A DNA stretch of 64,000 nt from Amphiscolops sp. MND2022 (lineage: Eukaryota). The stretch is from NCBI GenBank assembly GCA_964187785.1, contig OZ076421.1, forward strand, positions 40,238,001 to 40,302,000. The letters run 5' to 3'. Position numbers and translations under genes: made by a program. Shown in pieces: positions 53,001 to 62,981 of the stretch; the stretch's first letter is position 1, and every line of letters starts with the position of its first letter. The notes below the pieces were generated by a model. The model made no database searches, was not told the DNA's origin, and saw only the letters and a program-made list of their open reading frames with translations.

Positions 53001-53230
53001 GTTGGTAATGATGATTTTTGATGAAAACAGTGCTGTCCAAGTTTAGTCAAAATCAAAAAGAAATATAAACTATTAATTCAATATAAATTAGCCCAAGAAT
53101 CCACAAAATTAGCTTAAACAACTGCTCAAAACTAGTGTACTACTACCTACGAATAGTTCCCAGCAATGATTTAAAATTCACTTCTAGATTCTTCAAACAA
53201 TGCTTTTTTTCAGCTCCAATTTCCATTACC

Positions 53231-53829
53231 TGTAAGTGCCGTCCTTGGCCGACTTTCTGGGGAACCGTGAGAAGTTCATATCCTTGAACCTGTGATGCGG
53301 CGCTCGCTCCAGATGGCGCAGCAAATTGCTCCGGGAAGAAAACTGCTGTCCACACCCCTCACAGCTCGTTGACTTGAGTTTCTCTGTTACAGTCTCTGGA
53401 ATAAAGCAAAAACCAACTTAAAACATGGGCGTTACATTTCAATACCGCAAGCACAACTATCAAATTGTCATTAATATCTTTAAAGTATGAAAGATTCTTG
53501 TAACCTTATGATTTGTAACAAAACCGTTTCTGTAGATAGGTTTGTATTGAGATCAGTAACTTAGTGTAATTTTTCAGGGCTGGGGAGTGACCTTGAGTCA
53601 ATTCCCTTGCCCTCTTGGCACAGCTCTGCGTCTGCTGATGGCGTTTGAGAGCGTCATTTGTCGACACAGGTTGTAAACACACGTCGCAACTGAAGCAACC
53701 ACTTCCGCTCGCCACCTCCGGCACCGGCTTGGGCCCTTGGCATTTTTGAACGTGTCTGTTGTAGTTAAACAACCTGGTCGACTCGTAAGAGCACTTGGGA
53801 CACTTCATCTGGGCTTTTGACGGCTCTTT
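53231..53829 (-). pseudogene. Inverted paralogue of the zinc-finger exons of the JmjC gene
   Basis: MKCPKCSYESTRLFNYNRHVQKC..CDVCLQPVSTNDALKRHQQTQSC, then exon 53397-53231 SCEGCGQQFSSRSNLLRHLERAPHH. Intron positions match 42437-43041; the first donor reads CTAAGT instead of GTAAGT. Confidence 0.85.
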
Positions 53830-53933
53830 CTGGATTTTAAAAAGAAATCAATATTTTTGTTTATTTGGTTTTCTCACGTTCCGTTTCCTAACTTCCTTAT
53901 ATTCATCACGATCATGGAGCCGTTACAACCACC

Positions 53934-54320
53934 GCTCCTGGAGTTGTTACATCTAACTAAACATTTGTATTTAGTCCTGTTATGATTATGCTCATGGAGT
54001 CGTTACGGGAATTTCCCAAATAACATAAGAGCGAATAGCATAAAAGTAGTTTCAAATAACATGAAACACGTTATTTGAAACTAGTTTCATTTTCATGTTA
54101 TTTGACACTAATTTTGTTTCTATGCTTTTTGCATTTGTTGTTTGGTACGTAATTGTCGTTAAATGTTTCTAAACATTTGTGTTATATCTTCAAGATATCT
54201 TCAACTAAATTTATGCTATTGGCTCTTATGTTATTTGGGAACTCCCCGTAACGACTCCATGAGCATGATAATAACAGGACTAAATACAAACGTTTAGTCA
54301 GATGTAATGACTCCATGAGC
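53934..54320. repeat. Inverted repeat, about 110-bp arms with about 165-bp spacer
   Basis: 53934-54044 is the near reverse complement of 54210-54320. Each arm holds two GCTC(C/A)TGGAGT(C/T)GTTAC-type motifs. Confidence 0.85.
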
Positions 54321-54667
54321 GCGATGAAAAGAGGTTATATTCATCTCGCTCATGGAGTTGTTACATCTGACTAAACGTTTTTTTCAAGTCTTTTTTTCAT
54401 CGCGCTCATGGAGTTGTTACATATGACTAAATGTTTGTTTTAACTGGAACAGCTGCAAATTTTTGGGACGGCAAATCCTAAATTGTACGAAAAATAAAAC
54501 AATTGACTTACCTTACTCGACGATTGAGTTTGTTTCATTGTTCAAATTGAAGGTTTGAAGTCTTCGTGTTGTCTTCAGGAAATTTTTCAGGAGATTCAGA
54601 ACACGACTGATTGTCAGCAGCAATGGTTGTTGAATAACGTTACTGGATAAAGCGTGGGATTTTGAAG

Positions 54668-55020
54668 TTTGTTTACATGACGCACCAATTTCTGCGCGTC
54701 ATGGTCACGTGACAAAAAGTGCATCTAATTCCAAGTACATGTAACGTTTTTGGATCAAGCGAGATATTTTGTTTTCATGACGCAATAAATTCTGCGCGTC
54801 ATGGTCACGTGACAAAAAGTTCATCTAATTCCAAGTACATGTAACGTTTTTGGATCAAGCGATATATTTTGTTTACATGACGCAATAAATTCTGCGCGTC
54901 ATGGTCACGTGACAAAAAGTTCATCTAATTCCAAGTACATGTAACGTTTTTGGATCAAGCGATATATTTTGTTTACATGACGCACTAAATTCTGCGAGTC
55001 ATGGTCACGTGACAAAAAGT
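54668..55020. repeat. 100-bp tandem repeat x3.5 with palindromic E-box GTCACGTGAC
   Basis: ATGGTCACGTGACAAAAAGT occurs at 54701, 54801, 54901 and 55001. Each unit also has a CATGACGC..GCGTCATG hairpin (one mismatch in the last unit). Confidence 0.95.
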
Positions 55021-55526
55021 TCTTTAAAGATTTGTAGAGATTTTAGAGATTTGTAAAGAGCAAGGGAGGAAATGAGTAAAAAAAATGAATGAATTCACGA
55101 AAAAATTCCAATTTCATAAATCCTTTCACGAACCATGCCGGGACTGAACGAAATTTTCACCGAACGGAACCGAAAGTATCAGAGATGATGTGACGTCATA
55201 AAAAACTATATTGACTTCAATGTAGTTAACGAATGAAAATGCTCACATCAATACAATCTATTTGAACGCTCCTGGCTTCGTTACGAAAGGAAGTGTTTCA
55301 TTAAAATGATATTAGGTTTTCCAAGTTTAACAATTGGAGGGAGGAGGATTTTTGATACATTTTCTTTGCTTCTGGAGTCGTTACAAAATCATCAATATAA
55401 ACACAAGTTCATTGAACATTTGAATCATCAAAATAAAAAACGTTAGGAAACGAAGTTTGTTCATTATTAGTTTGCACAGTTGAAGTCTCAAGTTGATCAA
55501 ATGTGGGCGAGGGATGTTAGTATAGA

Positions 55527-57480
55527 AAACAAGTGTACTACTACCTTCGAATAACAACTAGCAATGGTTTAAAATTGATCTCTAGAGTCTTCAAACAATG
55601 CTTTAAAGTTACGTTCTCATTTCTAGAGCGCTTTCTAAATGCGAGCTGAGCTGATGGTGTTCGAAGAATCCACAAATTTCACTAAACTACTTGCTCAATT
55701 TTTGTGCGCAGGAGAATTTGAACTGATGAAACTGAATAGTGATTTGAAAACGTTTCAAATTTGAACATTTTAAATTATTACAGACGGACGTTACATGTCT
55801 CATGCGGAGAAAAGTGTTATAAATTGTTCCTTTTTGGCCTATTTTACTTGAAAAGAGCCACATATGTATCGTCTGGTTGCTCTTTTGCTCTTGCTCGTTT
55901 GCGCGAAAGTTTCAAGGAAGTAATCGAAGATCTGTAATCACCGTCTGATGCTCCGGCGTTTCTCTGTCTCTCAATTAATGAGCGTTGATCGTTGACACAA
56001 GCTGGCTTGATTGTATCATTACGTGACATCACGTATTCGGAAAGATCCAAAAAACAGCCTTTTTTTCAACATCTTCAATGTATGTCACCTTTATAAATTT
56101 CAAATCAGTGGCGGCAAATTAAATTCCCTGCATATTCTGGCTGTTCCTTGAGCTGCTGCTTTTTTCATTGTTTTCGATGCAGCCGGTTTTCGTTGAGTTG
56201 TCGACGTACATGTGTCGCTGTCCGATTCAGAAGCCGCGCATTGCTCACTCCGAGTTGCCCTGAGTAATTCAGTGTCGACTTTAAACACAACAAAACACTT
56301 TGGGGTTGAAGAATGACGCTTAGATAGACCAAGAGCTTTGTCCTTACTCAACACCTTCCCCCAAACGGGTAATTGTATCCTCTAGTGCTTTTGCAGAAGT
56401 TCCAGAGAAGTGTCCAACCACGTGAAACCGAAGTCCACTCAACAACCTGCATGAATCACGAGTTGCACCTCTTCTTTAATGGCAGGCTTGACAACATTTT
56501 TGCAGATTTCAAAATAAGTTGTAGTTGGCTCGTATTCTATTTGAAGTTGGGTAAACAAATCGCTCACTGCTATTTTTTGTGTTTCAAAACTATGTCGAGA
56601 TAATGCCAGTAAGAAAAAAACCTTCATAAAGTAAAGAATCAGGGTTATACAGTTTCCCTCCGCCTCGCATCGTTTTTGTTTGGAAATCCTTGTGTGCGTG
56701 TTGGTTTGATTTCTACATCGCCTCACACATGTGGTGCCAGGGACTACGAACAAATCCTGCCTGCATTATTTTAGGTACTAGCATCATTTTCAATTTAGAG
56801 GGTGTCAGACCTTCTTTTCCGGAAAAAAAAGCAGCGATGACTGGCAGTATGTCTCTGACCAGAACTTGAATTGCTCCACGTCTAGTCCGTGTTTGGATGA
56901 CCGCAAAACGGTGGCACATTTGTTTAGACTTCCTTGTAAAAGATTCGCGCAACCGTTTGTTGTGAACTGGTCAGATTTCGCTAGACTAGGGTGCATTTGT
57001 TTGAGAACTGCAAAAGCGTTGGTGGTGGCACGTGTAATTTCTTTGTCTGTGTTGTTGTTTATGTTCTCAAAAAAAACTTTTTCCCCATACGTTCTCGAAA
57101 AGTTTCGGAATATCTTGCCCAAGTTCATCTTTGTCAGCGATAGCAACTGGCGCTGAAGTACCTGATAGCGATACAGGTCCAACAACCCCTTTTTTCAAAT
57201 TGTTTCCTTTCACTTGCAGGTCAAACTGGAATCTGGGATTTTTCATCGCCCTTCGAGTGCAGTTATCTTCCAATTGTTGTAAGGCCACTTTGTATAGCGA
57301 TTTCTCGTTTACTATTTTCTGTGCTGCTTTGCGAAGGTCACTCTCTACACACCTTGTGATCTTATGCGTAACGTCTGACATGACAAATCTTATATCCTCA
57401 AGGTACACTAGAGAATTTTGTGGAACTTTGTTTCTGAAAGGCGCTTCGAGATTGTGGCGCAATCCAGTGTTTTTATCCAC
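55527..57480 (-). pseudogene. Tandem duplicate (1,964-bp period) of the 3' half of the transposase locus
   Basis: ORFs at 55844/56100/56373/56805 recur at 57808/58064/58337/58769, an offset of 1964. The copy breaks off at ..GTTTTTATCCAC (57480). Confidence 0.9.
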
Positions 57481-58553
57481 ACCTTGCTCAAAACGAGTGT
57501 AATACTACCTACAATTAGTAACCAGTAATGGTTTAAAATTGATCTCTAGATTCATCAAACAATGCTTTAAAGTTACGTTCTCTATTCTAGGGCGCTTTCT
57601 AAACGCAAGCTGAGCTAATGCTATTCGAAGAATCCACAAATTTCACTAAACTACTTGCTCAATTTTTGTGTGCTGGAGAATTTGAACTGATGAAACTGAA
57701 TATTGATTTGAAAACGTTTCAAATTTGAACATTTTAAATTATTACAGACGGACGTTACATGTCTCATGCGGAGAAAAGTGTTATAAACTGTTCCTTTTTG
57801 GCCTATTTTACTTGAAAAGAGCCACATATGTATCGTCTGGTTGCTCTTTTGCTCTTGCTCGTTTGCGCGAAAGTTTCAAGGAAGTAATCGAAGATCTGTA
57901 ATCACCGTCTGATGCTCCGGCGTTTCTCTGTCTCTCAATTAATGAGCGTTGATCGTTGACACAAGCTGGCTTGATTGTATCATTACCTGACATCACGTAT
58001 TCGGGAAGATCCAAAAAACAGCCTTTTTTTCAACATCTTCAATGTATGTCACCTTTATAAATTTCAAATCAGTGGCGGCAAATTAAATTCCCTGCATATT
58101 CTGGCTGTTCCTTGAGCTGCTGCTTTTTTCATTGTTTTCGATGCAGCCGGTTTTCGTTGAGTTGTCGACGTACATGTGTCGCTGTCCGATTCAGAAGCCG
58201 CGCATTGCTCACTCCGAGTTGCCCTGAGTAATTCAGTGTCGACTTTAAACACAACAAAACACTTTGGGGTTGAAGAATGACGCTTAGATAGACCAAGAGC
58301 TTTGTCCTTACTCAACACCTCCCCCCAAACGGGTAATTGTATCCTCTAGTGCTTTTGCAGAAGTTCCAGAGAAGTGTCCAACCACGTGAAACCGAAGTCC
58401 ACTCAACAACCTGCATGAATCACGAGTTGCACCTCTTCTTTAATGGCAGGCTTGACAACATTTTTGCAGATTTCAAAATAAGTTGTAGTTGGCTCGTATT
58501 CTATTTGAAGTTGGGTAAACAAATCGCTCACTGCTATTTTTTGTGTTTCGAAA

Positions 58554-60751
58554 CTATGTCGAGATAATGCCAGTAAGAAAAAAACCTTCATAAAGTAAAG
58601 GATCGGGGTTATACAGTTTCCCTCCGCCTCGCATCGTTTTTGTTCGGAAATCCTTGTGTGCGTGATGGTTTGATTTCTCCATCGCCTCACACATGTGGTG
58701 CCAGGGACTACGAACAAATCCTGCCTGCATTATTTTAGGTACTAGCATCATTTTCAATTTAGAGGGTGTCAGACCTTCTTTTCCGGAAAAAAAAGCAGCG
58801 ATGACTGGCAGTATGTCTCTGACCAGAACTTGAATTGCTCCACGTCTAGTCCGTGTTTGGATGACCGCAAAACGGTGGCACATTTGTTTAGACTTCCTTG
58901 TAAAAGATTCGCGCAACCGTTTGTTGTGAACTGGTCAGATTTCTCTAGACTAGGGTGCATTTGTTTGAGAACTGCAAAAGCGTTGGTGCTAGCACGTGTA
59001 ATTTCTTTGTCTGTGTTGTTGTTTATGTTCTCAAAAAGAACTTTTTCCCCATACGTTCTCGAAAAGGTTCGGAATATCTTGCCCAAGTTCATCTTTGTCA
59101 GCGATAGCAACTGGCGCTGAAGTACCTGATAGCGATACAGGTCCAACAACCCCTTTTTTTCAAATCGTTTCCTTTCACTTGCAGGTCAAACTGGAATCTG
59201 GGTTTTTTCAACGCCCTTCGAGTGCAGTTATCTTCCAATTGTTGTAAGGCCACTTTGTATAGTGATTTCTCGTTTACTATTTTCTGTGCTGCTTTGCGAA
59301 GGTCACTCTCTACACACCTTGTGATCATATGCGTAACGTCTGGCATGACAAATCTTATATCCTCAAGGTACACTAGAGAATTTTGTGGAACTTCTTTTCT
59401 GAAAGGCGCTTCGAGATCGTGGCGCAATCCAGTGTTTTTATCCACATCTGTAGGAAAAAACTTTTCAAATCCCATATATAGAGCCAAATCAGACGGGTAC
59501 AGGTTCGATGCATCGCTGTCTATCGCCAGTATGAGACGATACAGAAAAGTATTGTCGCCGGAACACGTAACCACCGCCCCTTGTGTGCTTAACTCTTTTG
59601 TTTGCTTGTACAGCCATCCCGTCTCCTGTTTTCCAGCTATATCTTGCCCCAAACTTTGCTCCAGTACCAATTTGCTATCTTTTCCTCGGAGAACTAAACA
59701 AAACGACTTTAAAAAATACCTATCAGAAGAATTTGGACAAAATTGTCTAGATTGTGTACATTGAAAAGATTTCAAATCATACGGTGAAATAGATAGTAGA
59801 ATTGAGGAACAAAGAAGTACACATGATGTGAAAAATCTTTGATTGGATGAGAAAACATGTGAAAAAATAAATTGAAGGTAGTGGTCATGAATATATACTA
59901 ATGTCATACTTTTATGGAATCTTCAAAACAAAAAAACTGCTAGGTTAATTGATAATAAAAAGCATATTGCTAACTTAACACTGAAGCAAAACGTTATGCT
60001 TAATGACTGTGCTGTGATTTTCTCCGAGAAATCCTGTAAAAATCGGAAACACATCCTTGTGTGATCAATACCACCAATTTCACAGCTGTCACCCCACAAA
60101 TCAAAGTTCAGCCCCGATATCTTTTCTCTTCCGTAAAGAATCCATGCTGCAAACTTGACACATGATACCAAATCACAACGGAATCCTGAGAATGTGGCTT
60201 CAGGCTTACATACGGAAATGAAGTTTTCAATGATACGACTCTGGTATCTCTGGACTGCACGGTAGGATGGTACGATGTTTTGGAGTTTTCCTTTTTCATT
60301 TATTTTCAAATTCGAAGAGATAGTCAACAGCAAGTCTTCTGCTTTGCCTGGTTTGAGGGAAATCGCAAAATTGGAAGATATTGCTTCTCGCGATTGCAAG
60401 TTTGGGAAAAGTTTTTTAATAACAGACTTCAAATACTCTGAAATTGACAGTGTTTCTTTTTGCGTGAAGCAGAACATACTTCCAATGAATAAATGGCCTT
60501 CTTTGAAGTCCCACTGCTCCTTGCCTTCGCGGAACAATGCTAGTAGTAGCATGTTTGTTTCCTGGCTCAGTTGACTCATCTGCTTCAGCTTGTGTGACAG
60601 TTGTTCTGCGTGCCACTTGGTTTAGTGGAGTTGATTTTACTTCTTGGTTACAAGTCGGAAACAAATCTACGCCCATCAGTTCAATGATGACTTCCCTTCG
60701 AGCATTTGTCCATGGGAGATTTTTCCCACCACTCAGTACGATCAGTTTCAT
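58554..60751 (-). pseudogene. DDE transposase, RAG1/Transib/Chapaev(CMC)-like, probable intron about 59965-59685, frameshifted
   Basis: Ordered motifs FDLWGDSCEIGG (D1), VTCSGDNTFLYRL (D2), MPDVTHMITRCVESDL, GLTPSKLKMMLVP..WHHMCEAMEKSNH..F.TKT.RGGG (E). These parallel RAG1 CDG / GYDEK / DALH / ITNY..HVP / EGNESGN. Frameshifts lie at homopolymer runs. Confidence 0.75.
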
Positions 60752-61583
60752 CGTATGTGCCTCGATAAAAACCGAGTGTTTTTTCTGAGTGTCTTTTTTC
60801 CAATTAATGATGAGGTCTTCGGACTACAACGAGGCTCCACAAATGACATAATTTGTCAATTTTGATCTTCTCGATATTTTTTAGTTTCAGTTACTATCAG
60901 AAATTTTTCTATCAGGTTATAATCAATATATTGAATGTTGTATATTACTATTGAATTCTCGTTCCAAAGCTCCATAGTGTTCGATTTTCAAAGTTGCTCA
61001 GATTTAATTCGATATGATGAGTGGATCAATTGCTGTTCATTGATGTGTTGAATGTTTTGGCATTCTGTGATTATACATTATGTTGAAGGAGATTATAAGA
61101 ATGTTGAATTTGAAGTAGAAAGAGAGTTCGACAGCTTGTCCTAATCCTAAAAGTGAGGATGAACGCTCAGCTTATCAAACAGACTCAGTTATTAACTGGA
61201 TTTCATTTTGATTAGTTATTTTCATTGATGCCTGTAAAATTTGAGTCCCACGACTTCATTCTAAGTTTGAGCTTACCGTCGAGTATACGTCCAGTGTGAG
61301 ACTCAATTTTACTCTCAGTGTAAGACTCAAATTTTACACGCAGTTTTCAAAACTTCTCAATGCGTATCATTTGACTTTGAATTTCGCTAGTTTCCACTAT
61401 CAACAATTCAGCATCCCAGATTGCAATTCAGTGTCCAATTTTCACAATGCTGTCGAAACAGTTCGAAATAAATGAAATTGTCGATGCTATCGACGAATGT
61501 TTTCTTTGGTGGCCAGCAGAGATTATTAAATTTAATGGAGAATGGGAAGTAGTTGTTCGCTGGATAGAATTTGGAAATAAAAG

Positions 61584-62981
61584 TTGACAACAACCATCCC
61601 CAGCACTATCAGAAAAACATCAGAGAAAGGGAATATCCGGAAAACAAAAGTCACGCCCCAATCATTGCCCTGTAAAAGAAGCCGCGATAAAAAAATTCAG
61701 CTGGATTATAGAGCCAAATTCCAATCCCGTGGTGGCACAATAAGGTTTCGCCAGGGAGATACTGTGCAAAAAGGCTTCGTCTTCATCAATGGCACTGTAC
61801 TCCAAGAAATGGAGATACTTGAGGAAGACGAATACAAAAAATGGGAAAAATCTACTGAGGAGTACGATAAACTGACGACTAATTTCAGAACACTGCGAAT
61901 AAGATACAATGACCTGCGGAGATTGGCAGCGCCAGTGAACACTGGCATGGAGGAGAAGGACGATTGCTCAGATGAAAGTGATGCCGAAAGTATTCAGATG
62001 AGTCAGTCAAAAAAGCAGACAAAGGTCGCGAGGCACAAGAAGAAAACCCCGGTCGATATGATCTCCATGATACCTGTAAGTCTAAAGTATTGAAACTAAT
62101 AATCTTTGATTCTCATATGAAACAGAGAGCAGCCTTCCGATTATATTACTCGCTCATTGAGTCGTTACCTTTTTACAATAGAAATGATGTTTATTAATAA
62201 CTAGACATTCCTGGGGTCGTTACGATGTTAAAACGGAAATTTTAGGTTTGTTTGTTTTTTTTTTGAAGGAAGTGATTATTGGGTTTTGTTTCAGAAGTCT
62301 ACCGACGAAGTTCAGCTTATCTTGTTTCCATGTGTGAAAGATATTTTGCATGAAGGTGGCAGATTCCTGGACCACTGTGGCCAACCAGCTATAATTCGCA
62401 GCCTCACGCTGATATGGAGAAAAGAACAACCTCTCGTTCTCGTTACAATGGACTCGGAGCAAGGCGAGGACGTTTTAGTCACCATGCCCTCGACGAAAGT
62501 TGTATTCGAGGAGGAGAATTTTATGAGCAACACAACTCATGAAAATTTAATTGGATGCGTCGAACACCCTGTTAGTAGGGTGTGCTCGCTGTTTGCAGCT
62601 GTGAAAATCGCCTTTGGAATCGCCTTGTTGTCGCGTACTGGGTATGCAGGGATCTTATCTGTTGCGAATGATCTTTCCACAACAGCCCTTGGAATAGAAA
62701 ACAATAACGACGTGGCATTCCAGTTATCAATTCCCGCAGAAGAAAAAGGATCCCATGAGTCATGGGAAACTGTGTTGGGCAAACTGTGGGACAGGAAGGC
62801 TGGCAGTTATAGCGAGACAGACAAATTAATCAAGTCGATGATATTCATGATAAAAAAATCTTTTGCTGTATCGTTGATAAAATGCAGCGTTGTAGTAATC
62901 GGTGGTGTTTACCCAGTCACGAAGTACAGGAAGATCATTCGACAAAATATGGCTGCAGATATGGAAGAAAACTTCCTGTAG
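61584..62981 (+). CDS. Unknown spliced accessory gene, divergent from the transposase
   Basis: ORF 61584-62075 ends CCT|GTAAGT and ORF 62295-62981 begins TTTCAG|AAG, both phase 0. Basic N-terminus, coiled-coil-like and acidic middle; no family recognised. Confidence 0.6.

Larger units (their letters stand above)
49487..53210. repeat. Mosaic of segmental duplications inside the giant element
   Basis: Block about 49560-49990 recurs at about 51545-51900 and 53096-53205. Block about 50600-51540 recurs at about 51903-53095. Blocks at 49487 and 49985 recur at 55527/57495 and 56020/57985. Confidence 0.8.

Noticed and set aside
51122-53040. MDLQKCLPIAV.. ORFs as proteins
   Set aside because: Products of the 84-bp arrays; frames switch at T-run indels.
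58554-62981. ProtoRAG (RAG1L-RAG2L) transposon
   Set aside because: The partner gene is divergent rather than convergent, has no visible kelch or PHD features, and the TIR lacks an RSS-like heptamer.
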